This document shows, piece after piece, positions 12,471 through 26,308 of a DNA stretch of 64,000 bases. Both the position numbers and the translations under genes were made by a program. The notes under the pieces are model-generated. The model saw nothing but the letters and a program-made list of their open reading frames with translations, was not told where the DNA came from and did not search any database. How positions within the stretch are numbered: position 1 is the stretch's first letter; the number at the start of each line of letters is the position of its first letter. This DNA is from Vicugna vicugna (taxonomy: Eukaryota): assembly GCA_013265495.1 (NCBI GenBank), contig MU058217.1:310001-374000 (forward strand), given 5' to 3'.

Positions 12471-15400
12471 GAAAGTCCTTCTTGACATTGACAGCAAAGA
12501 TAGTCATGCTGGGAAGGATCGTGTGGACCCTAAATATCACAGGAAGAATTTTGCTCTTTAAAGGGACTTGGCAGCCCAGCTGTCTTTCTGATTCTCCTCT
12601 GGGATCTCTTCAGACCTATTATGTTTGGCTGCTGGGCTGCTTTTTAAATTTTTGAATCAGACTGACTGCCTTTCTGCGGGAAAGTTCTTATCAGAACAGC
12701 CGCATGCAGATGCTTATCTGACCTCCTGACTCCTGGAGGCATTCGTGTCTTCTTTCAACTGGGCCAGCTGCATCCACCTCTGGGCCCCAACTCTTGAACC
12801 TCTCCCACCGTGTGACTTGGGCCAGAGCTGCGCACCACTGCCCAGGACGCAGAGCCTGGCTCTAAGCTGCCACGGGCCATTTCTCCCTTTCTTCCAAACT
12901 GTTCTAGTCTCCTTTAATCCCCCATCGTTTCTTTGGCAGAGGGTCCTGGGGCACACTAGGCACTCTGCCCCCCGCTTTTATACCATGTACAGATACAACG
13001 AGGTGACAGCTCAATTTACATTTGTATCCCCTTGCTCTGGCTAATCTGCTTAGTTTCAAACCCGTTTAGGATTTTCTGCATGGGGATGCTCACAGCGCTA
13101 GGGACACAAAACCGAACCAGAGGCCGTCTCCGCCTTCAGCCACTGCGACTCTAGTGCAGGCAGAGAAGCGCAGACACCAGCACGTGTTGTGGCTGTCAGC
13201 GTGGAAATCTAGGGGCTCGAGGAAGGGGGTCGTCAGCTCTATCTGGGCAGCAGACAAATCTTTGAAGAGGGGGCCCTCATCTCAGTCTTCCCCGCTGCGG
13301 TGGCAGCACGAGCAGAAGCCGGGCAGCAGGGGACAGGCTGCTGTGCCTGGCCTGGGTGAGGAGCAGAGAGACAGAGGGACTCAGTCTGAGCTGCCAAAGA
13401 CCCCATAGGGCCCTTTGAGGATTTGGGACTTTACCCTGTGGGCCTGGAAAGTGATGGAAGGTTTCCGAGTGGTGGCTTAACATCATCGGAATGTTGTGGC
13501 AAGGTTGTTCGTGCAGCAGAGTGAAGGGTGATGTGATGGTGAGCAGGGACCTGGCAGACCCGATAGGAGGAGAAGTAATGAGGTCAGGGCCGAGTCTGCA
13601 GCTGTGGCGGGAGGGGAGGAGGTAGGATCTGTCAGATGGGATGTGGCGGGTCCTGCAAAGAGGAACCTCTCAGCTTCCTCCACATTTTCTGCCTTGTGTG
13701 CTGGAGCAGTGCAGTGAGAACAGGGAACGAGCGAGGAACAGGTTTGGAAGAAAGGACGTAAATCCATGTTGGTGTACAGTTCCCTGAGGAGCATACAGGG
13801 AGAGATGGCCAGCCTATGTTGGATGGATAGGTCTGTGACTCAGGGGGTGTCTGGGCCAGAGACAGGACTCTGGGGAGCCGTGTGGCTGCGGGCAGAGAGG
13901 AGGATGGGTTTCTTCCCCATTTGCCTCTTAGCCTGGCCCCATTGTGTGGTGAACGACCTGCACAGGCACGGGTGGCCCAGAATTTGCATTTCATTAGCAG
14001 AGAAATGAAGTCACGAGAATGCAGGAGACCACCCAGGGCAGGCATGGAGTAGAGAGCCCTGCAGAACCACACTTAAGGGACCTGCAGAGGAGGCTTTGAA
14101 AGAGTTGTCAGAGCTGTGAGGCATCCTAGAGCAGACAGTGTCATGAAAGGCAAAGGAGAAAAGATTGTCAAGACAGACTGAAATACAGATCATATTTATG
14201 GTGGAGGGTAGGGGTGAATATTTTAAATCCTTGGGGAAAGCACAGATTATTTAATAAATGGTGTTGGACCAGATGGCTAACAGGAAATTTCGGTGGGTAA
14301 GTTAATGCAGTGATGCTGTTAATTTCATATAAACTCAGCAAGGCCATCAGAGCATGCTTTACATGACTTTGGGAAGCCTTCATCTACCCTATCTCCCCAT
14401 GGTTAATGGCTCTCCAGGGTGTTTTGTCATGCAGGGCAGTCCTGAGCTGAGGCCCCAGGAACCCCAGGGGTTCTGGTATCAGGAAATTGCTTGCACTACA
14501 CTGTCTTGGAAAGTGCTCTGTTCCACCTAAAGTTGACTCTATTCTCAAAAATTAGGGTTGTGTTTAGTTTCTGGATGTCGGGCTATCATCATTAGCCATC
14601 CTGTTCAGGCACCTAAGCTAGTGTTAAGGGGGACCTCTTATTTGTATAACAGAGAACTGCATTTCAAGAAATACAGAAACAAAGTTGTTTTGTTCTATTT
14701 GTAACTGGAAGGCCAGATAGGTGCATTTAGTCACTTAATAGCGATAGCATCATGGGGATTCAGGTCCTCTTTTTGGAGAGATACCGACTTTTTAGCTATT
14801 GTTTAGGATATATTTGACCATTGGGATCTTGAAGGGATAGTTTCATTTATCTGTGTCTTTCATTTCTAAAGAAAGAGGATCATTTGTTGGGAGGGTGGCA
14901 CCTAAGCCCTATTTCTCTAAAAAGCAGAGCCTGAGACAAGGATTAAGTGTTAATGCCTTATTTAGGAGATATAAGCCCAGAGCAGTGAGAGCAGGTGAGA
15001 GGGGGAAGGGAGGCAAAGGAAGAAGCCCCGTGATTTTGGCTGGCATTGATGGTAAGCTAAGAGAGATCAGCAGGTCACTCAGCAGGTGTGTTCCCTTCTC
15101 TGGAAGGTTTGCGGAGAGGAGCCATGCCTTGGAATAGTCCATAGGAGAGCAGAGGTGTTTTACCTGCTTACCTCCCTCTCATCTCCTGTTTCCCACTGGC
15201 CAAGCTCCTCCACTTGGAGAGCTGTTTCCCCACATTTTGGGGTTGTATCACCCGCCACCGCCCCTCCCCTAGCAGTCTCTTGGAAAGCCTGATTCCACCC
15301 CTATGGAGTGATGCTTCATCCAAGCCCAAGGTGGATGGTCAATGGAGCATGGGTGAGATACCAACCAAAACAGAAGGAGGCAGTCGATGGACACTTGAGG

Positions 15401-15562
15401 GAAGGCCCGATGTCTGTCCCAGCCCGGAGGCTCCTGTAGCGCTGAGTGCTGTGCGACCCTCTCCACCGTCTGACCTGGAGGACTTGCTTATGTATAGGGT
15501 TTTGGTGGCCAATGACTTTTACTCTGCAGTCATCCTAGGGGGAACCTTGCAAATCATCCATC

Positions 15563-15775
15563 ACAGAGGTTGGTGAACTATAGCCCTTGGGCCAAATTCA
15601 GCTGGCAGCCTATTTTTGTAAATAGTTTTACTGGAACACAGCTATGCTCTTTTGTTTACCTGTTGCCGAAGGCTGCTGCTGCAGGAAGATGGCAGGCTGA
15701 GTAGAGACCGTGTAGCTCCCCAAACCCAAAATAATCACTCTCTGGACTTCAGAAGAAAAAGTTTGATGGTTCCGC
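15563..15775. mobile_element. MER58A-like hAT transposon
   Basis: gggccaaattcagctggcagcctatttttgtaaatagttttactggaacacagc...agaaaaagtttg. Confidence 0.75.
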
Positions 15776-16539
15776 AAAGTAGAGCCCACTGATTTCACAC
15801 AGACGGAATGGAGTCCCCTACATGGTAGAGGGACTCAGTCAGAGTTCCTTGGCCTTCCCTTGGCCAAGCTATGCCTGGGTCCGCTGTCCTCTAATCCTTT
15901 CTTGTTTGCCTCAGTATCCAGGAGGATGGGCATGGGGAGTGGTGACTTAATTTGCAGTAAGGATGACTGAGTTCATGGATTAGTAGAAAAAACGATCTGA
16001 AATAACTTTTACTTTTAAGGGAAACATAACTGTCTTCTTAGAGCATCAACTGAAACCCAGAAGACCTGGGGATTGTTTTTAAACTCTTTTGACAAAGAAT
16101 TCATCTGTATAAATGTTTTATTATGTTTGTGAGTGAAGCTTGGAGGATTAAACCAGGATTTGAGCTTTTGGATTCGTCTGCCACATAGGTGGTACTTCTC
16201 TTGATTTCTTGTTTTAATTTTTCTTTAAATGAGCAGATTCCCATTTAACTTTATTATACCAGGAGCTAATGTGAGTTTCTGGATAAGTTTTCCTGTAGAA
16301 CACTTTTTAAAGCGTTCTTTGAGCTTTTCTTTGATACAAGCAATTAGATACTTTTCTAACTCCCCAGATACAACAGCCCTGATAATTCCCTGTTCATAAA
16401 AGTTGCCCTGAGAAGCTTCTACATGGAAAAACATTGATCTGTTTTCTTCTGTCCATCTGTGTTGAACAAATGTGAGATTAAAAAGATGCTTTCAGTAAAA
16501 AGATGCTTTTAATTGGCACATTCCATTGATTGGATTAGT

Positions 16540-16541
16540 TC

Positions 16542-16601
<60 letters not shown>

Positions 16602-16604
16602 TGT
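16540..16604. repeat. Compound microsatellite (TC)n(TG)n
   Basis: About 22 CT units with one interruption, followed directly by about 10 GT units. Confidence 0.95.
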
Positions 16605-17039
16605 ATGTTTATACATGTTTCTTATTTTGGCTTTCTTATTTTTCTTTAATGGACTCTTAATGGAAGGCTGTTAGACCTTAAATCTCACTATTAGTATGTT
16701 TCTGTGTGGGTTTTGCTTTTCCTTGCAGAGAATTCATTTTAATTTGTAATTTTAGGGTAACACTTAAGTATACAACACATCCTTCATTTCTCAGCAGTTT
16801 TTAAGACGAGTAATCTCTTGGAATTTTGCAAATGCCAAGTGGGTTAGAGAGCCATTTATGCTGCCTTTCAAATGATGACCCGTTAAAATCAAAAGACAGA
16901 GGAGACAAATAATTTTACTGCTTGCTGGAGTTACTTTGAAAAAGACTAGTAATTGGTCAGCAGTGTAAGAACTGTCCTCATTGACTGTGAGCTGGAGTCA
17001 CCAATTAGCGAATGGTTCAGGTGTGAAACAAAAAAGGAC

Positions 17040-17590
17040 TGTGTGGAATATGACCCAGCAGCTCTGCTCCTAGGTATCACCCAAGACAGTTGGGAACATG
17101 TCCACACAAAAACTCGTACATAAATGTTCATAGCAGCTTTATTCATAAGGGCCAAAAATCAAAAGCAACCCCAATGTCCATCAACAGATGAATGGATAAA
17201 TAAGGTGTGTTCTAGCCACACAGTGGAATATTATTCAGCCATAAAAAGGAGTGAAGTATTAATGGGTACATGCTACAACATGAGTGAACCTTGAAAATAC
17301 ATTGTTATGCGAAAGAAGCCAAAACACAGAAAGCCATATATTGTGTGAATCCATTTATGTGAAATGCTTAGAATAGGCAAATCGACACAGAAAGTAGATT
17401 CGTGGTTTCCAGGGAGTAGGGGGAAAGGGTGACTTCTCATGGATAAGAGGGGTCCTTTTGAGGTGATGAAGATGTTCTAAAATTAGATAGTGGTGATGGT
17501 TGCACATCTCTGTGAATATACTAAAAGCCTCTGTAGTGTATGATTTTAGAGAGTGAATTTTATGGTAGATAAATTAAATCACAATAAAAA
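17040..17590 (+). mobile_element. L1MB-type LINE 3' end
   Basis: atatgacccagca, aatgtccatcaacagatgaatggataaa, ggaatattattcagccataaaaagga, tggtgatggttgcaca, ending in aataaaaa. Confidence 0.85.
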
Positions 17591-20500
17591 CAGGCATTTT
17601 GGGGAGGGTGGGCGAGTTGGTGACCTTCCTGGGGTCCTTCCAGAACAATTCCTTAGATGCCTCAGCTGGGTCATTCTTTTTGCCTGTTTCCCAAACTTTG
17701 GTGGTATTAGAAGCACGTAGGGAGTTTGCTGAAAAAATATCAATAGACAAGTCCCACTGCAGACCTACTGAATTGGAATCTACTGTTTGGTAGGAGTGAA
17801 AATTTATGCTTTATAATTGTAAGTCTTTTTAAATGGTCATCACCTATTTTTTTACTTGCAAGGAGACAACCAGATTGATGGCAGCATGGTCAGTGGATCA
17901 GATATTCTGAAGCTAAAGAGTCCATTTAAATCCAATTTTCTCTTAATGGAAATCCAATGCAAAAATAAAATTTTCTTTAAACAAGTAAACATGCATTCTG
18001 ATCTTAAGGTTAAAGGTTATATAACCATAAACTATTGTCTTTAAAGTAGAATCTCATGGAAGAGGGACTTGAAGACGAATAACTCAGTTTTATAGTGACA
18101 GGACACAGAATGAGTATAAAACTGCCAAGAAAGGCCCTTCACCTGGCTAATGTTTATAGTCTTCAGTGTTGTCAAGGTAGCTGACTTGTGGCTATTTCTG
18201 GCATTTATTCTTACCAACATAACAGGATGTAGTGGCAGGTCTTATAATTTCAAAGCTTTTGAGTCAATAGCTCAAAAAACAATTTTTTTTTAATCTCAAA
18301 AAATGTATTTTTGCCATTAGGGAAAAAAAAACCCTGTGGACTCTGGTTTCAGCTTTGCTTCTAGCTGCAGCGAAGTCAGAGAATGTGAGCTTGTACTGTC
18401 TTCATTTGCCCCGTCTGCATAGCACTCTGGCATCTAGACACACTGAACACCACCCCTGCCTTCAAGGAACGTGAAGTCCAGTGAAACAGTTCAGTCCCTG
18501 GAGACATAAGGAAGTTGTACGGTTTCTGCCTTCGTATTTCTCTTCTCTGGAGATTTGTAGCCTGGGTCCTCGCTTGCCTCTGCTTTGGTCAGGAAAGCTG
18601 TGCCCCCTTCATTCATCACACTGCAGAGTCCAGTGGCCTAGTGAGTCAGTGGGATCGGGTTGTGTTGAATGCCTAATCCAGCCGCGTCAGGCTAATCCAC
18701 CCATGTAGATTGGCCAGTTCTATACCAGTCATTAGACCCACCCACATCCATTAGTTAAAGAGCAAAGAAAGTACAAGCTGACTGTGAGCTGTGCACCCAG
18801 AAGGAATGACATTTGCTTGGTTTGAACTCTTGTTGAAAACAACATGCTGGTCTGTGACAACTGCATTTCAAGGGCAGTGGCATCGTGGTGCCTGTGAGTG
18901 TGGTGGCAGCAGGCAGGACAGGGTCAGGACCTCTAGATCCAGGGGAGCTGTCCTGCGAAGACTGAGGTGTAGTAGATGGCACATGTTGTGTTGTCTTGAG
19001 GCCAGAGGCTGTCCACAGAAGCATTTCATTCTGCGTCCACAGTCCTTAAAGATGTTCAACGAGTTGCCAACATTGAAAAATTGAAAGTTTTCCCACAAGC
19101 ACCCAAATACATGTCTCCTTTTGAAAAATCGTGAGGTGTGACCACATCCCACCCACCTTCCTGCCTGAATACAATTGGGTGGAGCTGAGAACGTCGCCAC
19201 CTTTCCTGATTCTTCTACTTAATTGGCTTCGTGCAAGCATCTTATGTGTCTGGCTCTTGTGGGAGCTTGAGCTTTGACCTCTGTTCAGAAGGAGCCTCCT
19301 GGCTTCCCAGCAAGCATTGTAGGGGAGAACTGGTAGTAGACAGAAAGCTGGGAAGCTATTTTATAAATGAACTTGGAAATTGGAGATTATGAAAGCAGAC
19401 CAGGCATGAGATTCAAGAATCTGGGGAGAAAGGACTGACTGGTTAGCTTCAACAAGGACCTTCAGACTCATCCCATGCTCTGCTGTATTCTTGGAGCTTT
19501 TATGGGCACCTGACATATTAGCTCAGGAAGCTTTGCCTCCTGTGGGCTTCTGGAAAGCCCGTAAGTGTGTCCGTGGGGAGAATGGGAGCATGTGACTGCA
19601 GCAGGAAGTCGGGGTCCACAGGGAAGGGCAGTCTCAGCAGAGGTAACCATCCTCGCTCTTTAAAGGGTTAGGTCCCATGGAGCCAGTGGGACTCTTGGCA
19701 AAAATGGAAATTATCCATAAGTCATATTCTAGTAAGTGAGTGGGTAAGGACTGTGTGAATTGATTATCAGGCAATAAAGTGTTTGCTCAGTGCCTTCTCT
19801 ATGCCCATTTCTAACATCTGCTTGGATGAATGGCTTCTTGCAGGGGTGGTGTGGGCGAGCAGGATGCGAGTGGCTACATGAGTGCTTCCCGGTGGAGATG
19901 AGATTGGGGGTTGAAGTCAATTTTCTTTCTTGCCTGAATAGCCCTCTGAAGGTCCCTTCTGGCTCTAAGATTCTATGAGAACCAGGAGTTGCCACACCAC
20001 CGTGCTCATCACCCACCACCATTGGGGAATGTGCCTCCGTATGGAAAGCTGGCGTGGTTTCCCAGTGATCGGATCTTCACTATTGGAGGAAGATTTTGGA
20101 GTCAGGGAACAGCTTTTTTGTTATTTCAGTCCAAGCTGGATTCCAAAGTAGGCAGTGCTCTTCCAAGAGGTGTGGGAGGAAGAATGGGTGAGAAGTTAGT
20201 CGTGCAAGATGAGTGTTTACTGCGTGCCACTCCCTGGCAGCGGGGCGCTGGGCTGTGCACGGGGCACTGAGAGCCTCCCCTGAAGGGTCTTGCTGTCCTT
20301 GAACAGATCATAGGCTGGGCCCCCTGGGTGTTCCTGTTGAATGAAGCTCTGCCCTCTTGCCAGCTGTGGTTAGTGTGCCCATCTGCCCAGAGATGCCCTC
20401 AGCTCGGGAAGAAATAGCCCCTGTAATGAGTGAGAGTGGAGGAAGTTATCAAGTGGTCCGGCAGAGGGATGGATGGTGGGAACAACATGCCGGAGGTGGG

Positions 20501-20927
20501 TACTTCTCTCTGCCCCCTCCCCAGGCATTAGGACTTTAGTGGCCCTGTGGGGACCTAATGGGGAGGTCCTGGTGACTGTGGATACTTGGAGTGGAGAGAT
20601 CAGAGCAGAAGCAGTTTTCCAACTGGTACAGAAAATTTTCACTTATTAGAGCAACCAGTCTAACTGCACTCATGCACTCTGCCTGGATGCCTGCTGGCAC
20701 ATGCACTAGGGTTGGGGCTCAGCTATCCCCTGTTCCTTGGTGGTCGGGCTCCTGGCTGCCCCTCTGGTCCTGCCACAGACCCAGACCCTCTGCTGCTGAA
20801 TCCTCGGACTCCTCTCTCTCTCATTTGTCTGGACTTTCTTGCCTGCAACCCAGATCAACTCCCTGAGTTAGCTCAGCCTCCACTCGGGGGTCCTGCAGTT
20901 CCCAGCCAGCTCTAGCCTTTTGCTTCC

Positions 20928-21553
20928 TGATATGGGTTGAACTGTGCAATCCCCTCACCCCAAAAAAGAAGTTTAATAGATAAACAAGATTATAATGTAT
21001 AGCACAGGGAAATATACACAAGATCTTATGGTAGCTCACAGAGAAAAAAATGTGACAATGAATATATATATATATGTTCATGTATAACTGAAAAATTGTG
21101 CTCTACACTGGAATTTGACACAACATTGTAAAATGATTATAAATCAATAAAAAATGTTAAAAAAAAAAAAAGAAGTTTAAGTCCTAACCCCCAGGACCCG
21201 TGAAGGTGTCCTTGGATATAGAGTATTTGCAGATGATCAGGTTAAGATGCTAATCCAATATGTTGGATCCTCACCAAAAGGAGAATTTTGAACATAGAGA
21301 CAGACACCCACAGAGGGAAGACTATGTGAAGACACTGGGAGAGCCCATTTATGAGCTAAGGAATGACCAAGACCACCAGAAGCCAGGAGAGGGACCTAGA
21401 ACAGATTCTCCCTCACCGCCCTCAGAAGGAACCCACCCTGCTGACACCTGGATCTTTGACTTCCAGCCTCTGGAACCATGAGACAGTGCATTTCTGATGT
21501 TGAAGCTGCCAGGTTGGTGGTATTTTGTTCCGGCAGCACAGGAAACCAGTACA
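20928..21553 (+). mobile_element. MLT1 (ERVL-MaLR) solo LTR, interrupted by a young L1 fragment
   Basis: Begins tgatatgggttgaactgtg and ends ggaaaccagtaca. Contains agattctccctca..ccctcagaaggaacc.accctgctgacacctggat.tttgacttccagcctc. Confidence 0.85.
20977..21165 (+). mobile_element. Young 5'-truncated L1 3' end with poly(A)
   Basis: Has AATAAA and an A-tail. Perfect 15-bp TSD aaaaaagaagtttaa (20962-20976 and 21166-21180). Highly similar to 53562-53779. Confidence 0.9.
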
Positions 21554-23209
21554 CTTCCCACGTATATCATGCCACTCATCACCTCTGGGCACTGCTAAGC
21601 CACACAGGTGATGTTTTGTCCTCCGCAAGGCCGTGGGATGGAGCAGCAGTCTGCCATCCGTGTCTCAGACACCTGGCCTAAGGGTCAGGTAGCACCAGCA
21701 GCAGGAAGGGTAGCCTGCTTTTCTGTTGTGTTTCCAACCTAACAGTGCATATGGGGTGTAGGCTCTGGTTTAAAAGAGCTGCCTTGGGTACCAGAATTCT
21801 GATAATTCCCAGAGAAGTGCTTTCAGGAAAGCTTTAGTACAAGCCACAGAAAAGAGACCCTAATAAAGCAATTAATTTCCAGACACTTAGAATGCTTCTC
21901 TTGAATAGACCAGAGAGGACTTGGCTGGAGGTCATGGCTCCAGCTCTGCCCTTGCCTGGCGTTCCAGTTCCTACTTGCATCCTGGTCTCGAGCGCCCCCA
22001 TCTCTAAAGGAGAGGGTAGGGCTGCTTTTTAAAGCCCCTTCCAAACTCTGTATTTTCTAGGGGTAGACCTGTGGCCATGCAGACAGGACCCAGCTCCCTG
22101 CCACTGCCTCCCTCTGTCCCTGACCCTGCTGCCCGGAGTGGCCTCCACTCTCATGATGTACCATGGCATTTAGATGTGGAGGGAGATGCTTGTTCACCGT
22201 GGTTCTTTCTGAGCAGTGGGATTAAGGAGGAATTTTATTTTCTCTTTTGACTTTCCTGTGTTTTCCAGGGTTTTCTCCCTGGCCCTGCATTACTTGTATT
22301 AAGTAGGGGAAAAATAATTTCTCTGAAACAGAGGAGCAGACTGGGGCTGAGCGCCAGAGATCTTTCTTCCCCATCCCCAGCACAACATCCACCCTCCTCT
22401 GTCCCTCTGAAGAGGGAGTCTTGTGTTCAGGGGGCTCTTTCAGGGCTGAGATGCACAAAGTGGAGCCAGAAAGGGCCTTTTTCATATGGTGTGAGGAGTG
22501 TCCGAGGATGCCAGGCCACATGATGTCTGCCACAGAAGGAGGGGTGTGCTGGGCTGGGAGTCAAGGAGACCCCCAGCCCTCCTCCCCCTCCCCCACCTCC
22601 TCCTCCTCCCTTTCTTCCTTCTCTGTCTCCCCCTACCTCACATAAAGACTTCACTTGCTTTCTACTGCTGATATATAAAAACTATATGTGCTGATGAGGG
22701 AGACACTGCCTGGAAAGTTATGGAGAAGTCAGCAGGGGCACAGCCTTGGGAAGCAGGACAGAAGGGGCAGGGAGCACACGGTGCTTTTGGACACCACATC
22801 CCTGCCCAGCGGGCTCAGCTCTTGCACATGAAGAGTGAATTCCTATTACGGCTGTGTGGATGCACAGCTTTCTCAGTGAGTGGACATTAGAGATGGAGGG
22901 GGACTTTTGGGGGCTTCTGTGACATCCTGAGTGTTTGTGGTCCCAGTGGATTTCTTCACTCTCAGAGCACCTCCCCTGTGGGCTTCACGTGGCTTTCTCT
23001 GGATCTCTCCAGACAACTTGATTATTTGCCGCGGTTTTTGGCAGCACCACCTGTTTGGAGGGAAGAGGTGAGCAGTGGACACTTTCTTTCAAGTCAGGAG
23101 TAGTAATTCGTGGGTTGGTTTGATTGTTGTACCTTTCAAAAAAATTTTTTTTGATGTCCCCACCTCCCAAAGTTGTAGAGAACTCTGCCCTTCCTCGTTC
23201 TTCCTCTAG

Positions 23210-23392
23210 GTCTGTGGTTCTCAAAGTGGGGTCCCCGGGCTGGCAGCGTCAGCAGCACCTGGGAATATGTTAGAAATGCAGTTTCTCAGGCTCCACCCGA
23301 GACCTCCTGAATCAGACACCGCGATGGGCGCTGTGGTCTGTGGTTTAACCAGCCCTCCAGGTGATGCTGTGACACTGTAAAGTTGGAGGAGC
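23210..23392 (+). mobile_element. MER5A hAT transposon
   Basis: gtggttctcaaagtggggtccc...agcagcacctgggaatatgttagaaatgca...tttaaccagccctccaggtgatgctg. Confidence 0.8.
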
Positions 23393-25562
23393 CCCACCTT
23401 GGAGGCTGCCTCTGTTCCCCGCGCTCTTGAATTTCCCTAAGTGGATCAGGTGTTCTGGGGCTTCTTTGCAGAGCAGAATTTTTTTTTTTAACCTGCTCCT
23501 GCAGTTTTCCTGAGGCATCTTATTTCATTCAACTCTAAAATACTACCTATTTTTTCCCCATCTGGCATGGTCTTCTCTATCCTGAATACCTTTTCTTGAC
23601 GTTTGAGAAGAACTCATTTTGCCCAGAATGTCTACACCGTTCATTGTGGCGCTGATTCACGAGAAGGACTTCTGTGCACCTGCAGGGGCTGTGGGCCCTT
23701 TGTGACTTGGGCGGGGACTGGCCGGCCTTCCTCGGGAATCCAGCGGGCCGGGAAGTGCCTTTGTGGCTGCACCTCAGAGAGATTGTTGCTGAATTCTGTT
23801 TCCCAAAATAACCTTAGCTCTTTCCTCCAGCTTGTGAAAAGCAACACTCTGAGTGATTTCGAGCATTATTTATAAATACAAAGTCACACCTTTTACTGGA
23901 AAAAGCCTTCTAAATCTGGATTAGTGATGCAGAACGATTGAAGTTCATAAATGCTGAGTTTTCTCAGAAAACAAAACAAGATGATGTAAGAGTAGAACCA
24001 ACCACTTTGTGGGTAGAGGAGCTTCTCAGCAATTGAGCAGTGTGATTTTTTTCCTTAGGAAGGTATGGAAATCCCACTTGGGGGCTTGTTAACAAATCGC
24101 AAGTCAGCATGGTCACAGAAGGAGAGTCCAGACGTGGATCTAATGGCCTTGGGGCTGGCATAGGCCATTCACAGGGCAGTGCAGTTTGGAGAATGTCTGT
24201 GGGCAGGGGCTGTTTTGTTACAGGACCAGAAGCTTACCTAGACTAGCTCATGAAAAAAAAAAGACTTTCACTAGAAGGATATGGGGCATCTCCCAGAAGC
24301 CTCCACTTTAGAACCGAAAATCAGCTGCATTGTTTATCCTGGGTCTCTGGGACTTCCTCGTGTCTTATGCCTCCTTCTTCCTCTGGGTTTGCTTCATACG
24401 TATTTTTCTCTGCAGATTTGCCTTTTTTCTTTAGCAACTGTTTAGCAGAAAACAGCTGCAGATGGTAGGAGATATCCACCCCAAGTCCTATTCTAGGAGA
24501 TGCTGGTCCAAGTGCAATGGCCAGTTTGGCACACCCTTGACACGTGGGTCTGCCCAGGAGGAGCCCTGAGGTTTAGACAGTTCTTAGAAAGGGGTCTTGA
24601 TCATAGTGACACATAGTTTTAATTTTTTTTAACATCTTATCGTTCTGATTGTGATTTTTCTGAACTCTATTTTTATGGACAGCCAGTCTTTTCCCTTTTA
24701 CAATTTCTGCCTTTTGAGGTCACACTTCTAAAGACCCTTAGCAACAACAACAAAAGAGTAATATTATCTTGACCACTCTTTTAGGCTGGGAATTTTCACC
24801 TCTCGTAAAGCTTTAAATCCAGATGGAATTTAATTTCAGAAAATACATAGGAAATGGATCTGCCTTCTTTGGTACTCAAACCATTGGCCGGTTGTTCTAA
24901 CAGCATTTACTGACTGATTCAGCCTTTCACCGCTGCCTAAAAAGCACCTCTTTACCATGCAGTAAACTGGTCCGCTTAAGTCTGTTTCTTGTTGGGTTTT
25001 CTTTTTCTTTTTTTCTTTTCCTTTCTATAGATCTGTCGTTTTATTCCTGCACCAGCACTGCACAGTTTATTTCTCTTTCATGGGAAGTTCTCACGTACTT
25101 GGGAAAACATTCACATGGGCTATTCTGTTATTAAAAAAAAAAAAAAGAGCCTTCTTACTTTGGTTTCATTTCTAGGGATTAATCAGCATCAGACGTTTTT
25201 TGTGTGTTCTTTCTGCAGCTTTCCATTCATGGCCCTTTAATTTAGGCACTTTTATAAAAGCATCTGAGAACCTTTGATACAGCCGGCACTTAGCAGGGTG
25301 TTTTGGAGTTGCTTTGCCTGTCGGCGTCTCCCAGGTCTACCTCATTCGCTGGAACAGCTGCACAGAACGCCATCCCTTCCACGCAGCATCATTGGTCCCC
25401 TATTGGTGGACATTTGTGTTGTCTCTCAGGAGTGTTTTCCCTTCAGCAAAAAGTGGTCCAAAGCATATCTTTATACTTACATCATTGCACACCTAGCGTG
25501 ATTATTTAGGTCAAAGGGTATGTGCATTTGGGATTTTGATAGCTATCTCCACGTTGCCTTTT

Positions 25563-26308
25563 TTTTTTTAATCGCAGTATAGTCGATTTACAATGTTATG
25601 TTAATTTCTAATGTATAGCATAGTGATTTATTTATACATACCTATATTCCTTTTCCTATTCTTTTTCATTATAGGCTATTATAAGGTATTGAATATAGTT
25701 CCCTGGGCTCTACAGAGAGGACCTTGTTGTTTATCTATTTTATATATAGTAGTTAGTATCTACAAATCCCGAACTCCCAATTTACCCCTCCCCACTCCCT
25801 TTCCTCCCTGGTATCCATAACTTTTTCTCTGTCTGTGAGTCTGACCCTGTTTTGTAAATAAGTTCATCTGTGTCTTTTTTTTTTTGGATTCCACTTATAA
25901 GTGATATCATATGTTATTTTTCTTCCTCTTTCTGGCTTCCTTCACTTAGTATGATGATCTCCAGTTCCATCCATGTTGCTGCAAATGGCATTATTTCATT
26001 CTTTTTGTGGCTGAGTAGTATTCCATTTATATATATGTGTGTGTGTGTGTATACACTACACCTTTTTTATCTGGTCATCTGTTGATGGACATTTAGGTTG
26101 CTTCCATATCTTGGCTATTGTAAATAGTGCTGCTATGAACATTGGGGTGCATGTATCTTTTTGAATTAGAGTTTCCTCTGGATATATGCTCAGAAGTGGA
26201 ATTTCTGGATCAAGTCTATTTTCAGTTTTTAAGGACTCTCCATACTGTTTTCCAAAATGGCTGCGCCAAACTGCATTCCCACCAGCAGTGTAGGAGGGTT
26301 CCCTTTTT
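25563..26308 (-). mobile_element. Artiodactyl-type L1 3' fragment nested in an older L1M relic
   Basis: Poly(T) then gtatagtcgatttacaatgtt, later gttccatccatgttgctgcaaatggc and cattcccaccagcagtgtaggagggttccc. Flanked by ca(c/t)gttgcctttt direct repeats. Confidence 0.85.
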
